Shown in pieces: positions 29,351 through 42,684 of a stretch of DNA of 64,000 nt; positions within the stretch are counted from its first letter, which is position 1; each line of letters begins with the position of its first letter. Below the pieces are notes generated by a model. The model searched no databases, was not told the origin of the DNA, and saw nothing but the letters and a program-made list of their open reading frames with translations. Origin of the DNA: Myxococcales bacterium (GTDB lineage: Bacteria; Myxococcota_A; Bradymonadia; UBA7976; UBA1532); NCBI GenBank assembly GCA_020633465.1, contig JACKDN010000006.1:111047-175046 (forward strand), in the 5' to 3' direction. The position numbers and the translations under genes are program-made.

Positions 29351-32300
29351 ATGGTGGCCGACGGCCAGCAGACGGGCGGCGCCGCCGCCTCGGTGGAGCG
29401 CATGGATCCCGACGACTTCCCCACCGGCTATCGCCCGTGCCGCGAGCTCGGCCACGGCTCGATGGGGACCGTGTGGCTGGCCTGGCACCAGCAGGCCGAG
29501 GGGCACTGCGCGGTCAAGGTGCTCAGCCTGCGCAACGACCGCCGGGGCAGCGCCGAGCGCAGCTTCAACCGCGAGGTGCGGGCGATGGCCCGCCTGCGCC
29601 ACCCCAACATCATCGAGGTGCACGACTACGGCCGCACGCCGAAGGGCTCGCCCTTCGTGGCGATGGAGTACGCCCCGGCGCCAGCCTGCACGGCTACGTG
29701 CGCGGACCGTGGACCTGGCCGCGGCTGTGGACGCTGCTCGACGGGCTGCTGGCCGGTCTGGGCCACGCCCACGCGCGCGACCTGGTGCATCGCGATCTGA
29801 AGCCCGGCAACGTGATGGTGGCGCCCGACAAGGTGGGGCCGGGCGCGATCAAGCTGGCCGACTTCGGCATCGCGCTGGCCGTCACCGAGGCCGGCCGCGC
29901 CAGCCGCCGCATCGAAGGGACGCCGGCGTACATCGCGCCCGAGGCCGCTTCGGGCGACGTCGCCTCGACCGGCCCCTGGACCGACCTCTACTCGCTGGGC
30001 GTCATGCTGTTCGAGGTGCTGGTGGGCGATCTGCCCTACCACGGGCGCCACCTGCTGGCGCACCACCAGCGCTCGCCGCTGCCGCCGATCGTCGTGCGCG
30101 ACGACGTGGACGTGCCGCGCGGGCTGGTCGACATCACCCGCAAGCTGATGGCCAAGTCGCCGGTCGAGCGCTTCCGCTCGGTGGCCGGGCTGCGCGACGC
30201 GCTCGCCGCGCTGGGGCCGCTGCCGACGCCGGCGCCCCTGGGCCCGCCGCCCGGCCGCAGCCGGCTGGACGACGATCCGCCGCCCGGCGCCGAGCCCATC
30301 CGCCCGCTGCGCGGCCCGGCGGGGCCCGCGCTGTTCCACCTGCGGCAGCCGGCGCTGGTGGGGCGCGAGGGGGCGCAGCAGGTGCTGAAGCAGGCCGCCG
30401 AGGCGGTGCTGGCGGGCGACGGGCCGCGCGTCGTGCTCATCGAGGGCGAGGCCGGCATGGGCAAGAGCCGGCTGGCGGGCTGGCTGCGCGAGGAGATGGA
30501 AGAGACCGGGCTGATGCGCACGATGACGGTGCGCAGCGAGCCCCAGACGCGCACCGGCGGGGGGCTGCGGCAGGCGGTGCTGCGCTACATCGGCGCGCCG
30601 ACGCTGGCCAAGCACGCCGCCCCCGAGGTGTTCGCGCGCGCCTTCCCCGACGAGACGCTGCGCCGGCAGGCGCTCGAGACGCTGTGGGCGCAGCCGCAGG
30701 GCGAGGGCCCGGGCTTCGGCGAGCTGCTCGTGAAGCGCGCCGGCGACATGCTGGCGGCGCTGATCGGGCCGCGCCCCTTCCTGTTCTGGAGCGACGACGC
30801 GCAGTGGTCGCCCGAAGGTCGGGTGCTGCGGCTGATCCACCGCCTGGGGCGCGATCCGGCGCTGTCGCGGCTGCTGCTGGTGGTGACGCTGCGGGCCAGC
30901 GACCGGACGACGGTGCAGGCGGCGCGGCGGGCGCTGCTGAAGCTGCCCGGCGCCCAGCTGATTCAGCTGTCGCACCTGACGCCGCGCGATCTGGCGCCGG
31001 CGCTCGAGGGCCTGGCGCCGCTGCCGGCGGGCATCGCCGAGGCCGCGTGCATCAGCGCGGCCGGCAACCCGCTGCTGGCCCTCGAGGCGGTGCGCGCGCA
31101 CCTCGAGGACGAGGGGCTGGGCAGCGCGCCGGCCGATCCCAACGCGGTGCTGGCCCAGCGCATCGAGCGGGCCAGCCAGGGGCCGGGCGGCGGTGAGCTG
31201 CGCAGCGCGCTGGCGCGAGCCACGCTGCTGGGGCGGTCGTTCACGGTGAAGCCGCTGGCGCACCTGTGCGCGGTGCCTGGTGATCCCGAGGCGCCGGACC
31301 TGCCCGCCGAGCCGGACGCGGTGGAGGCGATCCTCGAGCGCGCGGGCGCCGCGGGCCTGGCCATCGAGCAGGGGCCCGGGCGCTGGCGCTTCAGCCACGA
31401 CCTGGTGCGCGCGCAGTTCCGCGAGGTGTGCCGGCAGTTGGCGAACTGGCCGGCGCTGAACCTGGCCGCGGCCGAGCTGAAGAAGAAGCGGGCCGCCGTC
31501 GATCCGACCGGCATCGAGCTCGAGGTGGTGGCGCGGCACCACTGGGAGGGCGGCGAGCGCGCGCTGGGCATGCGGCAGGGCCTCGAGAGCGTGCAGCGAC
31601 TGCACGCGGCGGGGCTGATGGGGCACGCGACGTCGTTCACGCGGCGGCTGCTCGAGTGGGACGACCGCACGCAGCTGTTGAGCGCCGAGGATCGCTGCGA
31701 GCTGCGGCTGCTGGGCAGCGACGCCGCCGAGCACGCGGGGCAGCCCTTCGAGGCCGAGCGCCACGCGCTGGCCGCCGTCGAGCTGGCGCGGCGCAACTAC
31801 CTGCCGGCGCTGGGCGCGCGGGCGGCCAGCCGGGTGGGCGTGCTGAAGATCCAGGCCGACGACGTGACGACGGCCGAGCGGTGGCTGTGGGACGCGCTGC
31901 GCTTCGCGCGGCAGAGCGGCGACGCCAAGGCGCGCAGCAACGCGCACCTGTCGCTGGGGCAGCTCTACAACTACACCGAGAAGAAGAGCCTGGCGCTGAC
32001 GGCCTTCGAGGCCAGCCTCGAGGGCGCGCGGCAGGCGGGGCTGGACGCCGAGGCGCTGGCGGCGCGGGCGGCCATCGCGCGCATCGACCGGCTCGAGGGG
32101 CGCACCGACCGGGCCGAGCGCACCTTCGAGCAGGTGGCGCGGTCGGCGCAGGAGGCCGGGCTCGAGGTGATGGCCCTGGACGCGCGGCTGCAGCTCGGCC
32201 TGTGCGCGTGGGTGCGCGACGATCCGGACGACGCGAAGACGGCCTTCGACGAGGTGCGGCGCGGGGCGCGGGGCAACCTGTTCGTGCTCGAATTCCAGGC

Positions 32301-32535
32301 GTGCCTGGGCGAGGCGTGGGCGCACGCGGCGACCGGCGCGTGGACCGACTGCGAGATGGCGCTGATGCAGGCCGAGGATCTGCGCTACGACGTGCGGCTG
32401 CACGATCCCGAGGTCGAGCGGCTGCGGCAGGATCTGCGCGCGCTGGCGCAGGACGCCCACCGCATCGACGTGGTCGAGCGCGCCGACCGGCTGGACCTGC
32501 GCACCACGCGCACGCACAGCACGCACGCCGAGTGA
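29351..32535 (+). CDS. Ser/Thr protein kinase with C-terminal AAA (STAND-like) and TPR domains; 1-nt frameshift at ~29680 (GGG run)
   Basis: LGHGSMGTVWLA..AVKVL; HRDLKPGNVMV; DFGIA; GTPAYIAPE. GEAGMGKSRL Walker A. TPR-like C-terminus. Confidence 0.75.
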
Positions 32536-33656
32536 GACGGCCGGTGCGGGCGACGGTGCTGGGCGCGCTGCTGCTGGCCTCGGTGGGCTGCGAGGACAGC
32601 GCAAAGGGACGCGGTCGCGCCCCGGTGGACGCGGCGCAGCCGGCGACGACGCCAACGGACTCGGGTGGTCCCTTCCAGATCGACGGGTCAACCTCCCGTG
32701 AGGGCGACGCGTGGACGGCGTTCGACGGAGCGACTCCGACGGATGGTGGACGCACCGACGGCGCGGGGTTCGAAGACGCAAGCGGCGGTGGCGGACCCGA
32801 TCGGGTCGACCTGGGCCCGGGTGGGCGCGACGGCGACGCGGCAGCGGGTCGGGACGACGTGGGGGGCGGTCGCGGCGACGCCGCGGCCGACGCGGCCGGC
32901 GGTAGACTGGATGCCGCCGGGCGCGGCGACGACGACGCGGGCGCGCCCGCCGACGCAGCGGCCAGCGAGGACGCCACGGGCGGTGAGGACTTCGGCGCCC
33001 GGCGGGACGCCGCGCCTCACTTCGACGCCGGCGCCCGCCCGGACGCCGCGCCGCCCGTCGACGCCGCGCCGATCCTCGACGCCGCGCCCATCCCCGACGC
33101 CGCGCCCATCCCCGACGCCGCGCCCGTCCCCGACGCCGCCCCCAACCCCGACGTGCCGCCCGGCCGCCAGCCGTGCACGCAGGGCCCCGGCTGGACGCTG
33201 CTGGCCGTGCACTGGAGCGGCGGCAGCACCAGCGCGCGGGTCGATCGCTGGGACGCCCCCTGCGACTACTCGATCGACATCAACGCCGCGTGCGGCGCCT
33301 TCGCCCGGTGCCGCGGCGCCATCCCCTGCCGCAGCGAGCTGACCGACGGCGGCGAGGCGCTGCTGCTCGACGGCAGCGACGACATGCTGCTGCGCTTCAG
33401 CGTCGACGGCCTGTTCTTCGACACCGCCACCGTCTACTTCGAGGCGCGCGGCACCCGCGGCAACGCCCAGCTCGAGGTGTGGTCGCCCCTCTACGGCGGC
33501 CTCGTCGGCCCCATCGACGGCCTCGGCTACCAGGTCTACGCGCTCGACTGGAGCGACTTCCTGCAGCCCGGGGACGACCACGGTCTGACCGGCATCCGCT
33601 TCGACGCGACCCAGAGCCACGTGGCGCTGCACGCGGTCGAGGTGTGCCTGCAGTGA
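32532..33656 (+). CDS. lipoprotein with (DAAPIP)n Pro/Ala/Asp-rich linker and Cys-rich C-terminal domain
   Basis: GTG overlaps the kinase stop (GTGA). LLLASVGC lipobox. Confidence 0.6.
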   Translation: MRRPVRATVLGALLLASVGCEDSAKGRGRAPVDAAQPATTPTDSGGPFQIDGSTSREGDAWTAFDGATPTDGGRTDGAGFEDASGGGGPDRVDLGPGGRDGDAAAGRDDVGGGRGDAAADAAGGRLDAAGRGDDDAGAPADAAASEDATGGEDFGARRDAAPHFDAGARPDAAPPVDAAPILDAAPIPDAAPIPDAAPVPDAAPNPDVPPGRQPCTQGPGWTLLAVHWSGGSTSARVDRWDAPCDYSIDINAACGAFARCRGAIPCRSELTDGGEALLLDGSDDMLLRFSVDGLFFDTATVYFEARGTRGNAQLEVWSPLYGGLVGPIDGLGYQVYALDWSDFLQPGDDHGLTGIRFDATQSHVALHAVEVCLQ

Positions 33657-33807
33657 GCGCGCGGCGCCGACGCGCCGACCTGCCCCGACACCCGGCCATC
33701 CGCGGTCCGCTCGCCGGCTTCGCCGAGCTGTCCGCTGTCCGCGCCCCCGGCGAGCGCTGCGCTCGGATCGGTCTCGACCGCGGGCCGCAGGCGGCCCGCC
33801 ATCGGGA

Positions 33808-35385
33808 TCAGCGTCCGTCGGCTCGGCGGCGGCGCAGCCCCAGCAGAACGACGGCCACGAGCAGCGTCCAGGCGGGTGCGGGCGCCGAGCCCTGCGTGCA
33901 GCCGCCCGCGAACGCCGACTTCTCCTCGTCGTCGGCCGCCGGCGCCGAAGCGGGGGGCGGCGCGCCGGCGTCCACCTCGCGCGGCGCGGGCGCGGCGGGC
34001 GGCGCGTCGTCGACCTCGGCCTCGTCGGCGCGCGCCGACAGCCGGACCGGGCTCATCGCGAAGCCCGGCGCCGGGCACGCGATGGGGGTGCCCTGCACCA
34101 CCAAACCGAAGTCGGTGGTCACCGGCGCGCTGCGATCGGTGGGCATGCGCACCGGGAACATCACCGTCGCCACCTCACCGGGCGCCACGTCGCGCTCGAG
34201 CGGCTGCGGCGCGTCGTGCGCCGACCAGATGGCCTCGTCCCACAGCCCGCTGGGCCCGCCGGTGCTGATCCAGGTCGCGTGCGCCGGCCAGATCTCGAGG
34301 CCCACGTTGCGGAACCGCGCCCACACCTCGGCCCGCTCGCCGGGCCGCAGGGCGCCCGGCGCCGACACGTCCACCAGCTCGGCGGCGTAGCGCGCCGGCG
34401 GATCGGCCAGCTCGCGCGCCTCCTCGTCCACCGGCCCGTCGCAGTCGTTGTCGCGGTCGTCGCACACCTCGGGCGACGGCTCGACCAGGTCGACGCACAT
34501 CAGGCAGCCCGTCACGCAGCGCACCGCGCCCTCGGCGCAGTCGCCCGGCTTGCCGGTGTCGCAGGCCGGCGGCCCGGCCGGATCGGGCCCGCCGCAGGCG
34601 CCCCAGTCGGGCCACCGGCAGTCGCGGGTGCACGATCGGCTGCGGCGCCCGCAGTCGCAGCACGCCTCCTCCTGCCGATCGCCCGGCGAGCAGGGCCCCT
34701 GCCCCTCGCAGCCCGACCAGCCGCCCCAACGGTGGTCGCCGCCGCAGCGCCGGGTGCGCGTCCCGCAGCGCCCGCAGCTCTCGCGCTGCTCGGCGCCCGG
34801 GTTGCACTCGTTGGCGCACTGCGTGCCCGGCGCCCCGTTGTACGGCCCCTGGTCCACCCAGGCGTTGCCCCCGTTCGAGCACCGCCCCGAATACGGATCG
34901 CGCGCCGCGCCCCCGCCCGGGTTCCAGCCCATGTGCAGGTGCGGCCCCGTCGAGCTGCCCGAGCTGGCCGACTCGCCGATCTTCTGGCCGCACCCCACCC
35001 GCTGGCCGTTGCCCACGGTGATCGAGCCGTTGCGCATGTGGCAGTACAGCGTCGTCCCGCTGCCGTGCGCGATGCGCACGTGGTTGCCGCAGCGCCCGCC
35101 GCACGGGTTGCCCAGGTAGCCGGTGTTCGCGCAGCCCTGCACGACCGCCACCACCGTGCCTTCGGCCGCCGCCACGACGTCGGTGCCGGTCGGCATCGGG
35201 TAGTCGCTGCCGGTGTGGCGGTCGTAGCACTTGCCGCCGCAGTTGTAGTCGCTGCAGCCGCCCCCGTTGCCGTTGTTGTCGTAGCCGGTGCCCAGGCCGT
35301 GCCCGGTATTGAAGGGCCGGCGCAGGCGCTGGGCGTCGGCCGGGCTGGCCGCCAGCACGACCACCGCGCAGAGCAGGGCGCGCAT
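33808..35385 (-). CDS. M23 family metallopeptidase with MYXO-CTERM sorting signal
   Basis: HTGSDYP...GNHVRIAHG...GPHLHM (HxxxD/HxH). C-terminus GGC..AWTLLVAVVLLGLRRRR. Confidence 0.8.
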   Translation of the reverse strand: MRALLCAVVVLAASPADAQRLRRPFNTGHGLGTGYDNNGNGGGCSDYNCGGKCYDRHTGSDYPMPTGTDVVAAAEGTVVAVVQGCANTGYLGNPCGGRCGNHVRIAHGSGTTLYCHMRNGSITVGNGQRVGCGQKIGESASSGSSTGPHLHMGWNPGGGAARDPYSGRCSNGGNAWVDQGPYNGAPGTQCANECNPGAEQRESCGRCGTRTRRCGGDHRWGGWSGCEGQGPCSPGDRQEEACCDCGRRSRSCTRDCRWPDWGACGGPDPAGPPACDTGKPGDCAEGAVRCVTGCLMCVDLVEPSPEVCDDRDNDCDGPVDEEARELADPPARYAAELVDVSAPGALRPGERAEVWARFRNVGLEIWPAHATWISTGGPSGLWDEAIWSAHDAPQPLERDVAPGEVATVMFPVRMPTDRSAPVTTDFGLVVQGTPIACPAPGFAMSPVRLSARADEAEVDDAPPAAPAPREVDAGAPPPASAPAADDEEKSAFAGGCTQGSAPAPAWTLLVAVVLLGLRRRRADGR

Positions 35386-36167
35386 CAGGGCACCTCCAGC
35401 GCGGTCGCGCGGTGCGCGGGGCCGGCGATCAGCCGCAGGCCGCGCCCGTCCGGGCCCCAGTGCGGGGCGCGGCCACCGACGACGCCCAAGGGCACGCCCG
35501 CGGCGCTGACGACGTGCACCCGCCCGTCCGCCTCGAACGCGACGCGCGCGCCGTCGAAGACGGTCGGCGTCAGCCCGTTGGGGAATGGGCTCAGCCGCGT
35601 CGGATCCGGCGCGCCGAGGTTGGTCAGCTGCCGGGGCGCGGCGCCGTCCTCGGCGATCCAGAGCGCCGGCACCCCGCTCTTCGCCGAGGTGAACACCACC
35701 CGCCGCCCGTCCGGTGAGACGGCCGGCGACCAGCAGGGCGCCATGCCGCGGGTGATCGCCCGCGGCGCGCCGCCCTCGCTGACCTGCCACACCTCGAGGT
35801 CGGGGGCCTCGCCCTTCGTGTAGACCAGGTGCCGCCCGTCGGGCGAGGCGCCCACGGCGCCCACGACCTCGGTGTCCACCGCCGTCCGCGCCCCCGCCGC
35901 GTCGACCCGCACCAGCGCGCCGCCCGAGAGTGTCGCGAGGAAGCCGCCGCCGGGCAGCAGGCGCGCCTGCTCGAGCGGCTCGCCGGCCAACGGCCACGCC
36001 CGCTCGGCCCCGCCGACCGTCAGCTTCACCCGCATGCGCAGGTCGACGTCCGAGTCGGGCGGCGCGGGCAGCGGGTGCCCGACGAGCACCCGCTCCCCAT
36101 CGGCGTCGAGCACGTGCGGCCCGCCCGCGGGCGCGGCCAGCGCGAGGATCAGGGCGAGGATGATCAT
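35385..36167 (-). CDS. TolB-like beta-propeller (PD40 repeat) protein
   Basis: Repeated SPDGRHLVYT / SPDGRRVVFTS motifs. Confidence 0.7.
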   Translation of the reverse strand: MIILALILALAAPAGGPHVLDADGERVLVGHPLPAPPDSDVDLRMRVKLTVGGAERAWPLAGEPLEQARLLPGGGFLATLSGGALVRVDAAGARTAVDTEVVGAVGASPDGRHLVYTKGEAPDLEVWQVSEGGAPRAITRGMAPCWSPAVSPDGRRVVFTSAKSGVPALWIAEDGAAPRQLTNLGAPDPTRLSPFPNGLTPTVFDGARVAFEADGRVHVVSAAGVPLGVVGGRAPHWGPDGRGLRLIAGPAHRATALEVP

Positions 36168-38050
36168 GGGTCCACCGCCATGCGCAGCAGGGTGTGGGCG
36201 TCGCCGGCGCGCGGCACGCTGGCGACGTCGAGCCGACCGTCGCCGTCGAGATCGGCCACGACCACCGCCGCGGTGTCGAGCGCGTCGAAGCCGAGGCGGG
36301 GCGTGACGTCGCGGAAGCGCCCGTCCGCGCGCCCGAGGTACAGCCGATCGGTGGTGCCCGCGTTGCCGATGACCAGATCGGTCAGGCCGTCACCGTCGAC
36401 GTCGGCGGCCACCACCGAGCGGCCGTCGGCCCAGTCCAGCGGCAGCGCGCCCTCGGTGATGTCGAGCAGCCGGCCGAAGCCGTCGCCCACCAGCAGTCGG
36501 TCGCGGCCTCCGCCGGTCAGCAGGGCGTCCAGGTTGCCGTCGCCGTCGGCGTCCAGCAGCACACCGTCGCGCAGCGCGCCCGGCGCCTCGAGGCGCACGG
36601 TCCGCGCGGTGAGGCCGCCGCCGTCGCGCGTCGTCAGCAGCGCGGGTGCGGCCTCGCCGCGCAACACCAGCAGATCGTGGTGGGCGTCGCCGTCGACGTC
36701 GCCGGCCACGAGCCCGGTCGCGCCGTCCCACGCGAACCGGGGCGCGCGCCGCTCGAAGTCGTCGATCAGTCGGGGCATGAAGCCGTCGCGCTCGGCCACG
36801 ACCTCGTCGACGCGCAGCACGCCGGCGGCCAGGTCGTCGGCGGTGACCACCAAGGCGAAGGCGCTCAGCGGCGCCGCCGGGGTGCCCGCCTCGCCGTCGG
36901 CGCGGGTCCAGCCGTCGACGCCCTCGGCGGCCGCCGCCCGCCAGCTGGCCCCGACCGCCAGGGGCGGGCCATCGAAGGCCGCGCCAGTGGCGTCCACCAC
37001 CCGGGGCGTGACGGTCACCGCGTCGCCCTCGGCGCGCAGCTGCAAGCGCACGGCGTCGGGCACGAAGGGCAGGTCGACCGGCAGCGCAAAGACGGCCTCG
37101 CCGCCGCCCGCGGGCAGCGCGAACACCGCGTCGGCCGCGGCGCCCCCGCCCGCCGCGTCGCCCAGCGCCCGATCGAAGGTGGCCGTCGCGCCCTCGACCG
37201 TCGTGGTGGCCTGCCCGACCGGCCCGACCGCGTCGGCGGGCGGCGTCAGGTCCTCGTCGAGGCGGGCCGCGCCCGCCCGCGGCACCCGGGTGATCCAAAG
37301 GCCCGGCCCGTCGCCCGCGTCGACCAGCGCCGCCAGCTCCGGCATGCCGTCGCCGTCCACGTCGCCCACCGCGACGCGGCGGCAGGCGCCCGCCCGCAGC
37401 GGCAGCTCGGCGATGGGCGTCAGGCCGCCGGGCGTCGGGCCCAGCAGCAGATCGCGCGCGGCGCCGGTGCAGGCGACCAGCGCCGGCGTGCGATCCGGGC
37501 CGGTCACCGTGAGGGCGAGGTCGTACACCGCGCCGCGCCCGCCGGGGCGCACCGGCTCGCGCAGCGGCTCGGGCGGCTCGGGCGGGAGGCCCACGTCGAC
37601 CTCGGCGTCGGCCGGCCCCGCGTCCGGCGGGGGCCCCACGTCGGCCGCGAGCCCCGCGTCGACCGGCGGCGGCGGCTCGGGCGGCGCCACCTCGACGCTG
37701 TCCAAGGTGAAGCGCGCCGCGCCGTCGTTGATCAGCACGCGCAGCCCGTCGTCGGTGGCCAACACCAGGTCGGGATCGCCGTCGCCGTCCACGTCGAAGG
37801 CCACCGCGTCGTGCACCACCTGCGCGGCCGGCGGCGCGGTGAGATCGGGCAGCGCCTGCACGAAGGCCAAGGTGCGGGGCCCCGTCGGGCCGCCGTCGCG
37901 CAGGCCGCCGTCCATCGACGTCGCGTCGGCCGCCGCCGCGCCGCCGTCCGCCGACGTCTGCGGCTCGGGCTCGTCCTCCGCGCCGCTGCACGCGCCCAGC
38001 AGGGCCGCCGCGACGGCCAGCGCCCGCGCGACCGGGAGAGGCCGCGTCAC
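36164..38050 (-). CDS. FG-GAP/VCBS-repeat lipoprotein
   Basis: LLGAC lipobox. Repeated DVDGDG..DL motifs. Confidence 0.7.
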   Translation of the reverse strand: MTRPLPVARALAVAAALLGACSGAEDEPEPQTSADGGAAAADATSMDGGLRDGGPTGPRTLAFVQALPDLTAPPAAQVVHDAVAFDVDGDGDPDLVLATDDGLRVLINDGAARFTLDSVEVAPPEPPPPVDAGLAADVGPPPDAGPADAEVDVGLPPEPPEPLREPVRPGGRGAVYDLALTVTGPDRTPALVACTGAARDLLLGPTPGGLTPIAELPLRAGACRRVAVGDVDGDGMPELAALVDAGDGPGLWITRVPRAGAARLDEDLTPPADAVGPVGQATTTVEGATATFDRALGDAAGGGAAADAVFALPAGGGEAVFALPVDLPFVPDAVRLQLRAEGDAVTVTPRVVDATGAAFDGPPLAVGASWRAAAAEGVDGWTRADGEAGTPAAPLSAFALVVTADDLAAGVLRVDEVVAERDGFMPRLIDDFERRAPRFAWDGATGLVAGDVDGDAHHDLLVLRGEAAPALLTTRDGGGLTARTVRLEAPGALRDGVLLDADGDGNLDALLTGGGRDRLLVGDGFGRLLDITEGALPLDWADGRSVVAADVDGDGLTDLVIGNAGTTDRLYLGRADGRFRDVTPRLGFDALDTAAVVVADLDGDGRLDVASVPRAGDAHTLLRMAVDP

Positions 38051-40221
38051 GGCCCGCCCTCCCCGGCGCAGGCGTCGCCCACGCCGTCGCCGTCGGCGTC
38101 CTCCTGACCCGGGTCGGCCACCTCGGGGCAGACGTCGCAGGCGTCGCCCACGCCGTCCCCGTCGGTGTCGGTCTGCTCGGGATCGGCGTCCTGCGGGCAG
38201 GCGTCGCACGCGTCCCCCACCCCATCGCCGTCCGCGTCGGCCTGATCGGGATCGTGCACGTCGGGGCACACGTCGCAGGCGTCCGGCGCGTCGGGCGACG
38301 GCTCGAGCACGTCGTCCTCGCAGACGACGCCGCGCGTCGCGTCGCAGGGCAGGTCGTTCCACACCGCGTTGCCCGGCTCGATCACCCGCAGCTCGCCGCA
38401 GTCCTCGTTGCCGCCGCTGTCGTTGGGCTCGCCCTCGGCCCAGGGCGCGAAGGGGGGCTCGACGCCTGCCGCCGAGACGAAGCGCCCCTCTTCGGCCTGA
38501 TCGGTGAGGTCCAGCCAGTAGCGCCCGGGGAAGTTGGCCAGCAGCAGGTGCTCGGCCTCGTCGTCGACGAACAGCAGCCGCCCGCCGCGCGCTTCGCAGA
38601 AGGCCGCGGCCGCGGCGTGGACGACGCCCGCCTCGGGGCAGATCAGCCACGCGCGCCCGTCCTCCGAGGTCTCGACCACGCAGCCCGCGCCCGATCCGCA
38701 GCGCGCCGCGTCCGGGCAGCCGAAGTGGTGGGCGTCGCGGTTCTGCTGATCGGGATCGTAGTCGTCGGGGCAGCCGTCGAGCTCGGCCGGCACGTCGTCG
38801 CCGTCGGCGTCGTCGAAGGGCATCGGATCCCAGCTGCGCAGCACGGCCAGGCCCTCGGCGCGCAGGCCCACGAGATCGGGATCGGCGTCGTCGTCCAGGT
38901 CGACCAGGGCGACCGCCGCCAGCGGCCCGCCGCGCGTGAGCAGCGCGTCCGAGTAGTCGAACAGGCGGCCGTCCTGGTTGCGCAGCAGCAGCGCCCCGTC
39001 CGGGCCCACGGCCAGCACGTCGGGCAGCCCGTCCACGTCCAGGTCGGCCAACATCACCGCCGAGGTGTCGAGCGGCGGCACCGACACCACCAGGGCCGAG
39101 TCGTCGGCGAAGCGGCCCGCGCCGTCGTTGACCCACAGCGCCGCGCCGCCCGGCCCCACCAGCAGCACGTCGGTCGCGCCGTCGCCGTCCATGTCCCCCA
39201 GCGCGGGCCGCGCGCCGGCCTCGCCCAGCGGCGCGCTGCCCGCGGGCGCGTCGGTGAAGCCGCCGTGGCCATCGCCCAGCAGCAGGCGCGGCGGCGCGTC
39301 CTGCCGCCCGGCCACCAGATCGAGCGCGCCGTCGCCGTCCAGATCGGCCAGCGCCAGCCCGGCCGAGGCGCCGCCGAGCGCGACGCGCCCCGGGGCCAGC
39401 TCGAGCCCGCCGCGGCCGTCGCCCGCCAGCACGCGCAGCGTCGGAGCGGCCCCCTCGGGCGTGGCCACCACCAGCACGTCGGCCGCGCCGTCGCCGTCCA
39501 GATCGCCGCACACCGCGTCCGTCGCCCGCACCCGCGCGGCCACGGACTCGGGCGCGACGAGGCCGGAGACGTCCTGCCGGAAGATGCGCGCGGCGCCCTC
39601 GGCGTCGACCACGAACAGATCGTCGTCCCCGTCGCCGTCGACGTCCGCCGCGCAGGCCGCCGCGATCGACGCGGGGCCCTCGACGCCGCCCTCGGCGACC
39701 ACGCGCCCGGCCGCCACGCCGAACCAGCGGACGAAGCCGTCCTCGAGGGTGGCCAGCCGACCGGGGGCCAGCGCCAACAGCCGCGCGCCGCCGCCGTCGG
39801 GGCCCTTGGGCAGCTCGACGAAGCGCAGCGCCGGGGGCGGGATGCCCAGGTACTCGAAGCCGGTGTAGATCAGCGGCCCGTCGGGGGTGGTGACCTCGAT
39901 GTCGACCGGGCCGCCCGAGCGCACGGCGGGCACGCGGACGATCAGGGCGCCGTCGGCGCGGCTCTCGATCTCCACCGGCTGCGTGCCGACGCTGACCGCG
40001 GTGGCCAGGTCGACCCCCGGGCCGCTGATGCGCACGACCTCGCCGCCGCGGAACGAGGCCGCCGGCGGATCGACGCTGAGCAGCTGGTCGCTCGGCCCGC
40101 CGCCCGCGCCGCCGTCGGCGCCGGGGGACGGGCGCGCGGTGGCGTCCGCGGCGTCGTCGTCGGTCGAGTCGTCGCACGCGAAGCCCGCCAGCAGCAGGAG
40201 GGCGGGCAAGAGTCGCCGCAT
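38047..40221 (-). CDS. lipoprotein with FG-GAP repeats, C-type lectin-like domain and thrombospondin type-3 repeats
   Basis: LLLAGFAC lipobox; DLDGDG repeats; WNDLPCD; [12 protein letters not shown] x3. Confidence 0.75.
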   Translation of the reverse strand: MRRLLPALLLLAGFACDDSTDDDAADATARPSPGADGGAGGGPSDQLLSVDPPAASFRGGEVVRISGPGVDLATAVSVGTQPVEIESRADGALIVRVPAVRSGGPVDIEVTTPDGPLIYTGFEYLGIPPPALRFVELPKGPDGGGARLLALAPGRLATLEDGFVRWFGVAAGRVVAEGGVEGPASIAAACAADVDGDGDDDLFVVDAEGAARIFRQDVSGLVAPESVAARVRATDAVCGDLDGDGAADVLVVATPEGAAPTLRVLAGDGRGGLELAPGRVALGGASAGLALADLDGDGALDLVAGRQDAPPRLLLGDGHGGFTDAPAGSAPLGEAGARPALGDMDGDGATDVLLVGPGGAALWVNDGAGRFADDSALVVSVPPLDTSAVMLADLDVDGLPDVLAVGPDGALLLRNQDGRLFDYSDALLTRGGPLAAVALVDLDDDADPDLVGLRAEGLAVLRSWDPMPFDDADGDDVPAELDGCPDDYDPDQQNRDAHHFGCPDAARCGSGAGCVVETSEDGRAWLICPEAGVVHAAAAAFCEARGGRLLFVDDEAEHLLLANFPGRYWLDLTDQAEEGRFVSAAGVEPPFAPWAEGEPNDSGGNEDCGELRVIEPGNAVWNDLPCDATRGVVCEDDVLEPSPDAPDACDVCPDVHDPDQADADGDGVGDACDACPQDADPEQTDTDGDGVGDACDVCPEVADPGQEDADGDGVGDACAGEGGP

Positions 40222-40410
40222 TCTTCACTCCCGAGTCGAACCCCGTCTGCCGTGGCACGCGGCGTGCCAGGGCGCGGGGCGGTCGTTGCGTCGCGCGGGC
40301 ACGGCAGACCGTGACGTCGAGGTCTCGGTGTGGGACGTGCGGGCGTCAGTTTAGGGGGGATGGGGGTGCGGGGGCGAGGGGGGTGGGGTCAGGGGCCTTC
40401 GGGCAGGGAA

Positions 40411-40482
<72 letters not shown>

Positions 40483-40517
40483 AGGGGGCGCTGGGGTGGG
40501 TTGGGGCTCGGTTGCGC

Positions 40518-41660
<1,143 letters not shown>

Positions 41661-41714
41661 GGTTCTCCTCACCGCAAGAAGGGCGAGGCAGTCTAACCAA
41701 GTCGGCCCGCGCGG

Positions 41715-42583
41715 TCACCCGCGGCGGCGCACCCCGATCAACAGCAGCAGCGCGATCAGCCAGGCGCCGCCCGCGGCGGGCGCGTCGGCCGCCGCGGCGC
41801 AGCCGTCGCCCTCGTCGAGCGTGATGGTGCGCTTGGGCGTCTGCCCCCCCGCGTCGACGACCGGGGGCGGGGGCGTGGCCGCGTCGCGCCGAGCCGCCGG
41901 GGCCGCGCGTCGGGCGTGGGCGCCGGCGGCGCGCCCGATCCACCTCGGGGCCCGGCGGCGCGGCGTCCACGCGCGGCCAGGGCCGCCCGCGTCCAGCGGG
42001 GCGGCGGCCGGCCCGCGTCCACCACCGGCCCCGGCCCCGGCCCCGCGTCGACCGGCGGCGGCGGCGGCCCATCGCCCCGCAACACCAGATCGGCGCACTG
42101 GTAGTACAGGTCGTTGCCCGGCGACGTCTGCGGCGGCTTGTCGAACATCACCTGGATCACCTGCAGCGTGCAGTTGTCGCACTCGACGTCCGGCAGCGTG
42201 ACCATCACCCGGTACTGCCCGCCGTTGCGATCGGCGATGCCGTCGAGCAGCACGGCGTCGTTGCTGTACATCTCCATCGTCGGGTTGCGCGTGTCGCAGC
42301 CGGCCAGGCAGGCGGGATCGACGAAGTCGTCGTCGCCGTCGCGATCGAAAGAGATGCGGAAGTAGCCCGGGTGATCGACGTACTCGTCGAACACCACCTC
42401 GATGGTCTCGCCCGGGGCGTAGGTGGTGACGTTCTGCGTGCGCCCGCCGCCGTCGCGCCCGCAGGGGCCGGGCTTCAGCTGCTGGCCGCCGTAGCGGCTG
42501 GGCGGCTGGCTCAACGACAGGTGGGCGGCGGCCGGCGCGGCCAGCGCGCCGAGGGCGATCGAGACGAGTGCTACGCGACGCAT
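41715..42583 (-). CDS. secreted His1-type (SCE4755/LPMO-like) protein with MYXO-CTERM; frameshift between ~41880 and 41990
   Basis: Signal ...AAPAAA|HLSLSQPPSRYGG.. N-terminal frame, then C-terminal frame ending GDGCAAAADAPAAGGAWLIALLLLIGVRRRG. Confidence 0.5.
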
Positions 42584-42684
42584 GGCGCCACGTTAGCAGA
42601 CCCGTGCGTGCGCGCACGCACCGAAGCGTTGCGCGGCGGCCCTGGCGACGGCATCGTCGGCGGGCAACCCCCGCGGAGGACGCC

